This document shows positions 9,493 through 20,009 of a stretch of 64,000 nucleotides of DNA, one piece after another (positions within the stretch are counted from its first letter, which is position 1; each line of letters opens with the position of its first letter). The notes under the pieces were generated by a model, which saw only the letters and a list, made by a program, of their open reading frames with translations, had not been told where the DNA came from and did not search any database. This DNA is from a bacterium (GTDB taxonomy: Bacteria; Patescibacteriota; Minisyncoccia; Phycocordibacterales; UBA9973), in assembly GCA_021824345.1 (NCBI GenBank), contig JAKAKW010000004.1, positions 11,019-75,018 of the forward strand. Reading direction: 5' to 3'. Position numbers and translations under genes: made by a program.

Positions 9493-11214
9493 TTAATACA
9501 CTTCCTTGTTGTAGCACTCTTCGCAGTATACGGTTTCGGGGCGGTCGGGGGCGAATGCGGTATCAAATTCGTTCAAACATTTGCCAGCGTGGCTGTGGCC
9601 GGCTTTCTGGCACATGCAAGAACGGTGCCAGAGCCTGCGCGGATTGCGGAGCAAAAACCGCTCCTGCCGCCTGCAAGAAAAGCATTTGTCCGGTATCGGA
9701 ATGTTCAGAATCCTGTATAAGGAAAGTTCAAGCGGGGTAATCTTAAAGGCTGTGGTGCATAGAGGATAATTTTTTGCTTCTTCCGGCGAATTCTGTGAAG
9801 AACACCCTATTACTTCATTGATAATGCCATCATTTGCTTCTGTGATAGTTTTCGGCATATTCTCACCGGCAAGAGTGATTTTATAATCTCTCTCAGGCCT
9901 CTCATACCATGAATATCCGGCCTTCACGGCCTCTTCTTTTGTCAGCGGGAAATAGTCCTGAGCCATAGATTCATTATAGGCGAAAGGCGAAACCTCAGCC
10001 GGGAAATATTCTCCCCACTCCCCTGTTTTTCGCATATGCTCTATTATTTTCTCTTTCAGTTCCGCATATTCTTCTTTTGAGTACTGCTTGTTCAATATGC
10101 AGTACTTCCCCTTCTCTAATCCGAAACAGCCGAAGCAGTCGCTGGTGCTGAAACACATATCGCAATAGCAGGAATCCACGATAGTGTTGAAGCAGCTGCG
10201 GATAAACATAGATCTGTGAGGAGAATCTACTCCCTGTATCTCATAGCATCTCTCACCTACTATAATTTCCGTACAATCCATGCAATCTTGAGTATCAAGC
10301 CACGCATCTTGCATATAGGCAGTGTCTTTGTTTTCTTTGCAATTAAATACTTCTTTCGCTCGCTGGCAATTCTCAATATAATCCCCGGTGGAATCTTCCA
10401 CTTGCGATCCGTGGTAATATTTCACTGGAATTTTTAATCGCAGTTTGTTCCTTTTTTCCTTTGCTTCGCGCACAGAATTCCTATCAAATGAAAAATCGCT
10501 TAATTTTTTTTCATACTCTTCCTTATTAAGCTTTTCATTAAACCAGCAATATTGCTTCTTTCTCAAACCCACGCAGCCGAAACAGTCCAAACACCCCTTG
10601 CAATCGTCACAGAACCAGAGTGATACGGAATCTGCGCAATCTCGGCACCAAGCGCACTTGGAGCAATGGTCAAGATTAATGCATTCGTAACAGAATTCGC
10701 TCTTGAAAACCATATAGCAATCACCGCAGAAATGGCTGTTTTGATTCCAGCTTCCATACATGCATTTCTCACACATTCCGCTGGTCACCAGCATGTAACA
10801 CTCCTTGTTGTCCTGAGATTGATTAGTGTATTCGCTATTTACGCTTCTGGAATTTACCATCGCCAGATGGGGCGCTTCTCTGCGCAACTCTTCATATTGT
10901 TCAAAAAATGGCCGATTAAAATCAAAATTCCGCCAGTACTCTTTGGCCTCAAAAGCGTCCGATTTCCAATATTCCTGCTCGTATACCGGAAAGGGCGCAT
11001 CCTCCCGATAAATGGAAATTATGGATTTTCCGGTAGCATCGCATTTCCGCTTGTAAAAATTGTACTCGTTTCGGTCCAAAAGCCGGCGAAGATATCGGCA
11101 ATCCGGACACAGGGTCGGCGGAGGCACGCCGATCTTTCCATAAAACCCGAAATCGTCCGGCTTTATCGCGAAATCTTTTTGACAATTTTTGCACTGTCTT
11201 TTTTCTTCCTTCAT
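9493..11214 (-). CDS. Cys-rich array protein 1 (uncharacterised)
   Basis: 573 aa; N-terminal CxxC..PPPTLCPDCR, CxxC repeats, C-terminal YCEECYNKEVY. Confidence 0.9.
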   Translation of the reverse strand: MKEEKRQCKNCQKDFAIKPDDFGFYGKIGVPPPTLCPDCRYLRRLLDRNEYNFYKRKCDATGKSIISIYREDAPFPVYEQEYWKSDAFEAKEYWRNFDFNRPFFEQYEELRREAPHLAMVNSRSVNSEYTNQSQDNKECYMLVTSGMCEKCMYGSWNQNSHFCGDCYMVFKSEFCYECINLDHCSKCAWCRDCADSVSLWFCDDCKGCLDCFGCVGLRKKQYCWFNEKLNKEEYEKKLSDFSFDRNSVREAKEKRNKLRLKIPVKYYHGSQVEDSTGDYIENCQRAKEVFNCKENKDTAYMQDAWLDTQDCMDCTEIIVGERCYEIQGVDSPHRSMFIRSCFNTIVDSCYCDMCFSTSDCFGCFGLEKGKYCILNKQYSKEEYAELKEKIIEHMRKTGEWGEYFPAEVSPFAYNESMAQDYFPLTKEEAVKAGYSWYERPERDYKITLAGENMPKTITEANDGIINEVIGCSSQNSPEEAKNYPLCTTAFKITPLELSLYRILNIPIPDKCFSCRRQERFLLRNPRRLWHRSCMCQKAGHSHAGKCLNEFDTAFAPDRPETVYCEECYNKEVY

Positions 11215-11219
11215 TTATT

Positions 11220-12980
11220 TCAGTATACCTCTTTTCTATAGCACGGCTCGCAGTAAATTTTCAGGTTCTTGGACGGGTCATATGTGGTCAATATTTCCTT
11301 TCCGCATTTGGAACATATGCGCTTCCATATTTTATATGGACTCCGCTTATGAAAACGCTTCATCAGCCGCGCTCGGGGACTTTTCGCAGGTAAAGGAATG
11401 GAATTTCGGCGGTAAAAATCAAGTTCGCTTTTTATTATCCTGAAAGGCCGGCCGGACTCCTGGCAGATTATAGCCATATTAAGAATATCATCCGTTGCGT
11501 CTTTTATATCATCCGTAAGATCCTTGCCAGAAATAACCTTCATGCCTTTTACATCCATGCTCACTTCGTAATCCCGAAGACGAGCGCCCAGTTTCCCTGC
11601 TTTTTCTTTGGAAACCGGCATCATAGCATACCCGTAAGTGTCGTGGTAATAGAAGAAAGAATCCTCCAGCCGCAAGAACTCCCCGTAATTTCCATCTGAA
11701 AGCATCTTTACTTTTATCTTATCCACCAGCTTCCAATATTCTTCGGGAGAGTATTGCTTATTCAGCACGCAGAAATTCTTCTTCTTTAAGCCGGAACACC
11801 CGAAGCAGTATTTACAATCCGAACATTCAAAGCAATATTCCACCTGCCGGCAATTACTGACGAAATATGAGGCAATGGCAAGATTGGAAAAAAGCCCTTC
11901 GGCAACATTGTAGCAAAGCTCGCCGGGGCCGAATATGGTCACGTCCATGCAATCGTGCGTGCCAATTATGTCGGAACTGTGCCGCACATTCTCATTCCGA
12001 TAGAAAGTTATCAAATATTTCATGCCGGAGGCATTGTATACATCCACGCAGTTTTTACTGTCTGATATGTGACTGCCGAGCGATCCGGGAGAGTTGCGTA
12101 TAATAAGATCCCGATGGATAGAGTCTTTTTCTATCATTTCCGAAAATTTACGCTTGTATTCTTCTGCCACCGATCTCCTGCCAAGATCTATTTCAGAAAT
12201 TTTTTGCATATACTCTTCTTTGGAAAACTGTTTATTGAGAAAACAATATTGTTTGCTCCGCAAGTTTGCGCACATAAAGCAGTCGTGACAATCATGGCAG
12301 TCAAACAAAAATTTTGAATTTATACAGCTTTTGCAATTTTGAATATATTGAGACTCATAGATGCGGTCGGAATCTAATATATCGTAGCAATGCTCTAAAT
12401 GGTCCACTCGCAGGACGTCTACGCAATCCTTAGCATATGCCGCCCATAGTCCATAGGACACGTCTTCGGAAACGCCTATCACGGAAGAAACATAGCAGTT
12501 TTTGACGTCCATGCTCTCCACGCTGTAATCACTGTTTATGATGTTCTTGTTGTATCTGGATATAGCCATATGGGGTACGTCGTGGAGCAATTTGTTCAGC
12601 TGTTCATAGAAAGATTCATTTGCATCATATACGCGACCGAATCCTGTTGCGTCCCAAGCATTCACATCCCACCAGTATTTGTTGTCATAAATTTTATATT
12701 GGCTTTTCGCGTCCAACTGGGAAATCAGGCTTTCCCCAGAATGAGCGGAGCATTCTTTTTTATAGAACTGGAAAATATTGGCAAGCATGGCCATGCGCCT
12801 GCGCGCCCGGCATTCCGGACATTCATTGAGAGGAGGAACTCTCAATTTTTTTAAATACGATATGTCCTCAGCGCTGATATCAAAAGAATTCCCGCAAGTT
12901 TCACAAGTGCGTTTTTGCGGAGAAAGATTTTCATATATCTTTTCCAGGGCTTCATCAAATTTCGGAGTTTTTGTCTGCAT
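11220..12980 (-). CDS. Cys-rich array protein 2
   Basis: Paralog; start MQTKTP at 12980, 1 nt after upstream stop; ends YCEPCYRKEVY. Confidence 0.88.
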   Translation of the reverse strand: MQTKTPKFDEALEKIYENLSPQKRTCETCGNSFDISAEDISYLKKLRVPPLNECPECRARRRMAMLANIFQFYKKECSAHSGESLISQLDAKSQYKIYDNKYWWDVNAWDATGFGRVYDANESFYEQLNKLLHDVPHMAISRYNKNIINSDYSVESMDVKNCYVSSVIGVSEDVSYGLWAAYAKDCVDVLRVDHLEHCYDILDSDRIYESQYIQNCKSCINSKFLFDCHDCHDCFMCANLRSKQYCFLNKQFSKEEYMQKISEIDLGRRSVAEEYKRKFSEMIEKDSIHRDLIIRNSPGSLGSHISDSKNCVDVYNASGMKYLITFYRNENVRHSSDIIGTHDCMDVTIFGPGELCYNVAEGLFSNLAIASYFVSNCRQVEYCFECSDCKYCFGCSGLKKKNFCVLNKQYSPEEYWKLVDKIKVKMLSDGNYGEFLRLEDSFFYYHDTYGYAMMPVSKEKAGKLGARLRDYEVSMDVKGMKVISGKDLTDDIKDATDDILNMAIICQESGRPFRIIKSELDFYRRNSIPLPAKSPRARLMKRFHKRSPYKIWKRICSKCGKEILTTYDPSKNLKIYCEPCYRKEVY

Positions 12981-12981
12981 A

Positions 12982-14730
12982 TTAATACACCTCCTTGTTG
13001 TAACAATCCTCGCAGTATACGGTTTCGGGGCGGTCGGGGGCGAATGCGGTATCAAATTCGTTCAAACATTTGCCAGCGTGGCTGTGGACGGCTTTCTGGC
13101 ACATGCAAGAACGGTGCCAGAGCTTCATGGGATTGCGTTTGGCAAGGCGCGCTTCGTGCCGGCAGAAGAAGCATAGATGCGGGAGCGGAACACCGAGTTT
13201 TTTATACAGCTTCAGTTCCCCGTCGGTTATCTTGAATGCCCCGCGGCAACGCCCGCCGGAATTATTCCGATTCGCGCATCCTATTACTTCGGAAAGAATC
13301 GAATCCCGCACATCGCCCAATCTGTCCGGCAGATCTTTCGCCTCAATGGTGAGGGAATACTCGTTCTGCTTTTTGTCCCGCCACCTGTACCCCCTCGAGA
13401 GAGCCTCCTCCTTGGTCAAAGGAAAATAATCCTGGGCCTGGGTTTCGTTATAACAGAATGGAGAAAGTTCCGCCGGGAAGAATTCGCCGTACTTGTATGT
13501 CAAACCATTCCTGTCCACATAAGGCATATTCATCATATGCTCTTTGATTTTTGGAACCAACGCTTCATACTCCTCCTTTGAATATTCCTTGTTTAAAATG
13601 CAATGCTTCTTATTCCTTATTCCAATACAGCCGAATAAATCGGAACAGCCGTGGCAATTGAACGAATATTCCACGTTATTTGAGCTGTACACCACGCTGG
13701 TGAATAAGTTGCGGTAATTTCCAATGCCGGTATCAAATGCTTCATACGCCAGCTCTGCGTCCCCCAGACCCGGTCCAATATCGTAGCCGTCTTTTACCAC
13801 ATGGGCCACCCAATGCGCGAACTTGCAGTCTTCTATGTTGCCATTTCCGTCAAAAATAATATGGCAATTTTTTACCCCGTCCAAATTATCTCCGGTGGAA
13901 TTTATACTCCTAATCTGGTTTGCAAATCTATTGACGGCTCCGAGTACAAGCTTGTCAAATTTTTCTTTTAATTTTGAAATTTCGGCATAGCTTGTGAGAT
14001 CGATTTCAGACAAGCGCTTAGTGTATTCTTCCTTGCTTAATGGTTCATTCCACATGCAATATGATTTGTTGCGCTGGTTTGTACAGCCCAAACAATTGGT
14101 ACAGCCATGGCAATCGTAAAGAAAATATGAATCCACGCAGGCCTTGCATTTCATGGAATACATAAGGCGATAGCAGTCTTCGCAAAACATATCCTCGTAA
14201 CAGAGTTCTGATTTGTGAGTCACATAAGTGTCTGAGCAGTCTTTGGTCTCGGAGATGCGATTGGAATAGAAAGTACGCTCAATTTTCCATGACCCGGAAG
14301 ACATGTAGCTTTCTCTTGAATCCTCCGCCACATTGCAGTAATCGCTGTTTACGGCATGGATGTTAGAAAGAGCCTGTTGGGGAAAATCCCTATATAACTC
14401 GCTCCATTGCTGAAAAAATGGTTTTGAAAAATCATAGTCCCGCCCGTAAGAAAGTTGGTCCCAATTGTCGCTCCACCAATAACTTGAATCATATGTTTTC
14501 AGCTTTTCATCCGGCGGATACATGCTGATTATGTCCTCGTCGTGCCCCGGCGCGTCACATTTGCGCCTGAAAAGAGACATTTCGTTGCGCCAGCTTATGC
14601 GTCGAACAGTACGGCAATCGGGGCAAAAAGTCGGCGGGGGCACGCCGATTTTCTTGTAGAAATTAAAATCCTCCGGCTCAATAGCGAAGCTCTGCTTGCA
14701 ATTCTGGCATTGCCGGGTTTCGGATTGCAT
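12982..14730 (-). CDS. Cys-rich array protein 3
   Basis: 582 aa paralog, MQSETRQCQNC...YCEDCYNKEVY. Confidence 0.9.
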   Translation of the reverse strand: MQSETRQCQNCKQSFAIEPEDFNFYKKIGVPPPTFCPDCRTVRRISWRNEMSLFRRKCDAPGHDEDIISMYPPDEKLKTYDSSYWWSDNWDQLSYGRDYDFSKPFFQQWSELYRDFPQQALSNIHAVNSDYCNVAEDSRESYMSSGSWKIERTFYSNRISETKDCSDTYVTHKSELCYEDMFCEDCYRLMYSMKCKACVDSYFLYDCHGCTNCLGCTNQRNKSYCMWNEPLSKEEYTKRLSEIDLTSYAEISKLKEKFDKLVLGAVNRFANQIRSINSTGDNLDGVKNCHIIFDGNGNIEDCKFAHWVAHVVKDGYDIGPGLGDAELAYEAFDTGIGNYRNLFTSVVYSSNNVEYSFNCHGCSDLFGCIGIRNKKHCILNKEYSKEEYEALVPKIKEHMMNMPYVDRNGLTYKYGEFFPAELSPFCYNETQAQDYFPLTKEEALSRGYRWRDKKQNEYSLTIEAKDLPDRLGDVRDSILSEVIGCANRNNSGGRCRGAFKITDGELKLYKKLGVPLPHLCFFCRHEARLAKRNPMKLWHRSCMCQKAVHSHAGKCLNEFDTAFAPDRPETVYCEDCYNKEVY

Positions 14731-14736
14731 ATATAA

Positions 14737-14788
14737 ACTTTACCACGTTTGCGTAAAAATTCTAGGGCGGAGGGTATCCCTCCGCCCT
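14737..14788 (-). promoter_or_regulatory. Extended -10 promoter (TGgTAAAGT) with upstream family A palindrome (14764-14788)
   Basis: Near-identical to 33613-33665; ATG 6 nt after the -10 box. Confidence 0.65.
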
Positions 14789-14834
14789 CCCTCGGCCCTT
14801 CTCCGCCTTGGCTTCCAAATTAAAACCATTGCCG

Positions 14835-16577
14835 CTAATATACTTCTTTCTGATAGCAAGATTCGCAATACACTGTCTCCGGTTTATCGGGCGCATAGCT
14901 GGTTTCAAATTCATTTGGGCATTTGTCTCGGTGTCCGTGATTGGATTTTTCGCACATGCAAGAACGGCTCCAAAGCTTCATGGGATTGCGCTTGGCAAGC
15001 CTGCCGTAATGCCGGCAATTTGAACACAGGCGCGGAAGAGGCAAGCCGAGTCTGCGGTAAAATCCCAGCTCGTCCGGAATAATGCGAAACGCTTCGGTGC
15101 ACTGTTCGTTACATTTTCCTTTGTGCGCGCACTCAACAGACTTGTTTAATATATCGTCTTTTACATCGCTTATATCGTCCGGCAATTCCTCATTTTTTAT
15201 TTCAATTTCGTAGTTTTTCGATTCTTTTTCTTTCCATCCGTATCCCCTTTCCCGCGCCTCCTCTTGAGTCAAAGGGAAGTATTCTTGGGCAATGGTTTCG
15301 TTATATGCCCAGGGAGAAATTTCCATCGGGAAAAAATCGCCGTAGACATAAGCCCTGCCTTTCGCGTCAATATACGGCTTTTCCGCCATTTGCTTCACGA
15401 TTTCATCCTTTAGTTTGTTGTACTCCTCTTTTGTATATTGCTTGTTTAATATGCAGTATTCTTTTCCGCGCAATCCTATGCAACCGAACAAGTTCGAAGA
15501 TGCCTGACAAGAAAAACAATACGCGCAATTGTTGGAACTATAGGTGGTAATGATGGCAAGATCGTTCATTCCCACGTCGGTATCCACTCCTTCGTAGCAC
15601 AGCTCGGTTTTGTAATTGCCGTAAACGTCATAATTTTCCTTGATAAAAAGCGAATGAGCGGAAAATCGGCAATTTTCCGCCTCGTCTGATATATCAAAGC
15701 AATTATGGGAATTTTTGGATTTGGTAATGTTATGTCCCGTGCAATTCTCGCATTTTACGATGTTGGCATAGCGGCGAATGGCTTTTCCGCGTATTTCACT
15801 TTCATATTTTTCTCTTATTTTTTCTCTGTTTGCATAGCTGGATAGTTTCAAAGATTTTAGTTTGTTTTCATAATCATCTTTAGTCAGCTGTTCATTGAAA
15901 TAACAATATGACTTGCTGACCAGATTAGAACAGGCAAAGCAGTTATTGCAATTTCGGCATCCGTATAGATACGAAGAATTCACGCAAGAGGTGCAGCTTT
16001 CGCTCCCCATCACGCTGAAACATTCTTGGCAATCCAGAATATCGTAGCAGAGTTCATTGTGAGGAGAAGTAAGCATATCTTGAGAATCTTTTGAAAAATT
16101 GCTTCGGTTCGAATACCGTACGTTTTCGTCATATCCGCACCCGAACACGAGATAGCAATTCTTGTTACCGTCCACATAATTCGTGTATTGAGAGTTCACG
16201 GAATTGATGGTTTGGAGGGCCGGCAAGGGCGTTTTCTTCCACAACTTGTCATATTGCTCAAAGAAAGGTCTGGACGGGTCATATTCAATGCCGTAATCAG
16301 TCGGATCCCATTTGTCGCTCCACCAGTACTCCTTATCATACACAGTGTAGGGAGAATCCGGCGCGTACATGCTTAGCATCTCCTCGCTTCTGCCGGGCGC
16401 ATTGTTTTTTCTTTTATACAGCGACCGTTCATTCCGGAAAGCCATCCTCCTGACAATTCTGCATTCCGGACACCACGTCGGCGCCGGCACCTTTATGCGC
16501 TCGTAAAACCCGAAATCATCCGGCTCTATGACGAAGTCCTTTTTGCAATTTTGACATTGCCAGGTTTCGGATTGCAT
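14835..16577 (-). CDS. Cys-rich array protein 4
   Basis: 580 aa paralog, ends YCESCYQKEVY. Confidence 0.9.
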   Translation of the reverse strand: MQSETWQCQNCKKDFVIEPDDFGFYERIKVPAPTWCPECRIVRRMAFRNERSLYKRKNNAPGRSEEMLSMYAPDSPYTVYDKEYWWSDKWDPTDYGIEYDPSRPFFEQYDKLWKKTPLPALQTINSVNSQYTNYVDGNKNCYLVFGCGYDENVRYSNRSNFSKDSQDMLTSPHNELCYDILDCQECFSVMGSESCTSCVNSSYLYGCRNCNNCFACSNLVSKSYCYFNEQLTKDDYENKLKSLKLSSYANREKIREKYESEIRGKAIRRYANIVKCENCTGHNITKSKNSHNCFDISDEAENCRFSAHSLFIKENYDVYGNYKTELCYEGVDTDVGMNDLAIITTYSSNNCAYCFSCQASSNLFGCIGLRGKEYCILNKQYTKEEYNKLKDEIVKQMAEKPYIDAKGRAYVYGDFFPMEISPWAYNETIAQEYFPLTQEEARERGYGWKEKESKNYEIEIKNEELPDDISDVKDDILNKSVECAHKGKCNEQCTEAFRIIPDELGFYRRLGLPLPRLCSNCRHYGRLAKRNPMKLWSRSCMCEKSNHGHRDKCPNEFETSYAPDKPETVYCESCYQKEVY

Positions 16578-16589
16578 AAGATTATCTTG

Positions 16590-18296
16590 CTATAATACTT
16601 CTTTTATATAGCACTTGCTACAAAATATTCTTGGAGCGTCTTCCTTCCGGTAATGAGTTCTGAATATTACTCCGCAATTATCACACGATCTTTCCCCTAG
16701 CGTCATTTGCCACGCCCATCTTTTTATCTTTTCATCAATCCTGCAAAACGGACAACGCCGAGGCAATGGCAAATTGTGTTTCTTTAAAAATTGAATCTCC
16801 TGGTGGATTATCTTAAATCCCCGACTGCATGTAGCACATTGTATGGATTCTTCAGTTATATTTTCAGGCGCATCCTTAGAATTATCCGGCAAATCGCCTG
16901 ATTTCATAGTAATGGAATATTCCCTTGAATCAGGTTCCAGCCATGATAGATGCTTTTTAACTGTCTCCTCCTTTGATTTTGGAAAGAAAAGCGAAGCAAG
17001 GGTATCGTTATATGCGTGAGGAGACATGGTTATGGGAAAAAATTCCCCGTATCCATACTCTAAGCCATTCTCGCTTTTGTACGGCATTTCGGCCATCTGC
17101 TTAATTATTTTTTCCCTTATCTTAAAATATTCTTCTTTTGGATACTGCTTGTTTAATATGCAATATTTGCCGTTCCTTAAGCCCACGCACCCGAATAAAT
17201 CAGAGCCGCCAAAGCACAAGATTGTATAGTCCGAGGAATGCAATCCATGGCCTCCGTCCTGGCTGAATTTCACATTTTCTGTTTCAGAGCCGACAGTTAC
17301 GCATTCGTACATATTTTCTGCGGCTGTCCATCCATCCATATAGTCATATGAATTTTTCACTATTCCGTTTTTTATCAGCATTAGAAATTTAGAGTCCTCC
17401 GACAGTGTGACGTCGTAACATTCCCGGCAGTTTTTTGACTGGAAAACATAGTTGCCCGTGACGTTTTTGGAGAAATCGTCATAAATCGGGCGCGGCAGAT
17501 TTGATTTCCAGAAATCGCGCACTTTTTCTCGCATGGATTCGTAAGTGGAATATGAACCCAAATCTATTTCGCTTAATTTTTTCTCATACTCTTCTTTTGC
17601 AAGCTGTTCATTAAAAAAACAGTAGGACTTATTGCGCAAATTCACGCATCCAAAACAATTGTTGCAGTTGCGACAGTCTTTTATGAAATAGCAGTCCATA
17701 CAGCTGATAGTATTGCCCTCCGCGGTGAAAATGTTATAGCTTTTAAAACCATTCGTAACGTCAAACGTGTTTTCGCATTCCCAAGTCATGGAAGAATCAT
17801 ATATTCTTTTGCTTCTCTTTAAGAAGAAGCCGTAAGCCGTATCTTCGCACCCTTCGGTGAAAAATACGAGGTAGCAATTTTTGCACCATCCGGCAAAGTT
17901 GGTATATGGAGAAAGCTTGCGCGTAATCTGATCAATAGGCTGGGCTCTAAGAGGAACCTGTTCAAACAGTTTTGTAAATTGCTCAAAAAATGGCCTAGAG
18001 AAGTCGTATTCTATCGCATATTTTTTTGGATCCCATTTATCGCCCCACCAGCAATCATGGCAATAAATACGATATTTATTCTCCGGCGAGTACATGGAAA
18101 TGCCTTCCTCTCCGCATAAATCGCATTTGCGTTTGAAAAGTTTGGTGGATTTCATCCACACTAGGCGCCTTTGAAGACGACATCTCGGACAGAACGTCGG
18201 CGGAGGCACTTTGATTTTTTCGTAAAACCCGAAATCATCCGGCTCTATGACGAAGTCTTTCTTGCAGTTTTGGCATTGTTTGGTAGCGGATTCCAT
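16590..18296 (-). CDS. Cys-rich array protein 5
   Basis: Start MESATKQCQNC at 18296 by homology; ends FCSKCYIKEVL. Confidence 0.88.
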   Translation of the reverse strand: MESATKQCQNCKKDFVIEPDDFGFYEKIKVPPPTFCPRCRLQRRLVWMKSTKLFKRKCDLCGEEGISMYSPENKYRIYCHDCWWGDKWDPKKYAIEYDFSRPFFEQFTKLFEQVPLRAQPIDQITRKLSPYTNFAGWCKNCYLVFFTEGCEDTAYGFFLKRSKRIYDSSMTWECENTFDVTNGFKSYNIFTAEGNTISCMDCYFIKDCRNCNNCFGCVNLRNKSYCFFNEQLAKEEYEKKLSEIDLGSYSTYESMREKVRDFWKSNLPRPIYDDFSKNVTGNYVFQSKNCRECYDVTLSEDSKFLMLIKNGIVKNSYDYMDGWTAAENMYECVTVGSETENVKFSQDGGHGLHSSDYTILCFGGSDLFGCVGLRNGKYCILNKQYPKEEYFKIREKIIKQMAEMPYKSENGLEYGYGEFFPITMSPHAYNDTLASLFFPKSKEETVKKHLSWLEPDSREYSITMKSGDLPDNSKDAPENITEESIQCATCSRGFKIIHQEIQFLKKHNLPLPRRCPFCRIDEKIKRWAWQMTLGERSCDNCGVIFRTHYRKEDAPRIFCSKCYIKEVL

Positions 18297-18298
18297 GA

Positions 18299-20005
18299 CT
18301 ATATTATTTCTTTCTGGTAACACTCTACGCAATATACTATTTCCGGCCTTTCGGGAGAATACGGAGTTTCCATTTCCTTTCCGCAATTGTCGCACTTGCG
18401 CTTGAAAAATTTTCTTGGAAGAGTTCTACCGATGCGAGTATTGTGTCTGGCAAGAGGAGCACTACGAGGTATCGGTAGGCCGACTTTTCTGTAAAAGGAA
18501 AGCTCCATTGGGATTATTTTATACGCCTTGCCTGTTTCTTCGCATTTTAAAACCTTGTCAAGAATATCGTCGCCTACATCTTTTATATCGTCCGGTATCA
18601 AATAATCAGAAAATTCATATGTGGTATCGGATTTGTAATCGCTCCAGACAAAGCCCCTTTCAATGGCCTCTTCTTTTGAAAGAGGAAAATATTCGCAGGC
18701 CGCAGTTTCATTGTATCCGTGAGGGGCGAAACCAGCCGGAAAAAATTCTCCGTATCCATATACCTTTCCAGATTCGTCAATAAAAGGCATATCGTTCATG
18801 TGTTTCTTTATTTTCGCCAACAGTTTATCATATTCCTCTTTAGAATATTTTTTATTTAGAATCACATATTCCCCTCCCCTTATCCCGGAACATCCGAAGC
18901 AATAGCTGGAACTGGTAGTCATATAAGAGTATTCCACATTGGCAATTGTCATTTTCTTCAACGGGTCGCTGGAAGTGCATCCGAGAAGGGCTTTAGAATT
19001 ATATGCTCCGCCGCTGTGGGCGGACTCGTACACCAGTTCGGCGGCGCCGAAGCAGGAGCAATCCCAGCAGTCTCGTATCCAGCCTCCAATATAGATATTC
19101 TTTGAATCCTCAATTTTTGTTACTTGCCAGCAATTCTTCGCATTTTTGCATTCTGAAAGCTCATTGCCGGTTGAATTTACCGTTTTAATTATAAAATTTT
19201 CCCTGTGAGGTTGCTTTTCCCAGACAAGACTGCTTTGTTTCTTCCACCATTCAAGGCCGTTATGGGAAGAATACGGATACTCCGCGATAAATTTTTCATA
19301 GGCTTCCTTTGAATATTGCTCGTTCATTATGCAATATTGCTTGTTCCGTAGGCCCGCACAAGCAATGCAGTTGCTGCAATTATGGCAGTCGTAACAAAGA
19401 ATTGAATTGAGGCAGTTCTCGCATTCTTCGGAGAAATGGGTAAAGTAACATCTTTCGCAATGTATATCAAAAGAGCAATATTCCGGATTTATCGCCCAGC
19501 AGTTGTCAAAACTATTTTTGCCGTAAAGCTCGTATGTATTGTATGCCGAATCTTCATTATAATGTCCTCCTACATTTAAATAGCAATTTTTGTCGTCCGC
19601 CTCCTGATTTACCCAATCGCTATTGACGCAATTCAAGTTATATATAGAGATATGAGGGACTTTGAAAAACAATTCTCTCCATTGCTCAAAAAATGGCCTT
19701 GAAAAATCGTATTCCTGTCCGTAAGAATAGGGATCCCATTTGTCGCCCCACCAGCAATTGGTGCAGTACATGGGATATTTTTTATCCGGAGAAACCCTTG
19801 ATACCACTTCCTTTCCGCACAAATCGCACTTGCGCTTGTACAAGTGCCTTTCATTGCGAAATGCCAGCCGGCGCTGTTCCCTGCAATCTACACAGAACGT
19901 CGGCGGAGGCACTTTGATTTTTTCGTAAAAAGATAAATCTTCCGGCTCAATAGCGAAGCTCTGCTTGCAGTTCTGGCATATTCGCTTCTCATTCTTATCA
20001 TCCAT
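18299..20005 (-). CDS. Cys-rich array protein 6
   Basis: 568 aa paralog, ends YCVECYQKEII. Confidence 0.9.
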   Translation of the reverse strand: MDDKNEKRICQNCKQSFAIEPEDLSFYEKIKVPPPTFCVDCREQRRLAFRNERHLYKRKCDLCGKEVVSRVSPDKKYPMYCTNCWWGDKWDPYSYGQEYDFSRPFFEQWRELFFKVPHISIYNLNCVNSDWVNQEADDKNCYLNVGGHYNEDSAYNTYELYGKNSFDNCWAINPEYCSFDIHCERCYFTHFSEECENCLNSILCYDCHNCSNCIACAGLRNKQYCIMNEQYSKEAYEKFIAEYPYSSHNGLEWWKKQSSLVWEKQPHRENFIIKTVNSTGNELSECKNAKNCWQVTKIEDSKNIYIGGWIRDCWDCSCFGAAELVYESAHSGGAYNSKALLGCTSSDPLKKMTIANVEYSYMTTSSSYCFGCSGIRGGEYVILNKKYSKEEYDKLLAKIKKHMNDMPFIDESGKVYGYGEFFPAGFAPHGYNETAACEYFPLSKEEAIERGFVWSDYKSDTTYEFSDYLIPDDIKDVGDDILDKVLKCEETGKAYKIIPMELSFYRKVGLPIPRSAPLARHNTRIGRTLPRKFFKRKCDNCGKEMETPYSPERPEIVYCVECYQKEII

Positions 20006-20009
20006 TAAT

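Noticed and set aside
9493-13123. Diversity-generating retroelement (TR/VR pair) at the repeated 3' ends
   Set aside because: Both copies are coding gene ends, the differences are mostly third-position and not adenine-specific, and there is no reverse transcriptase in the window.
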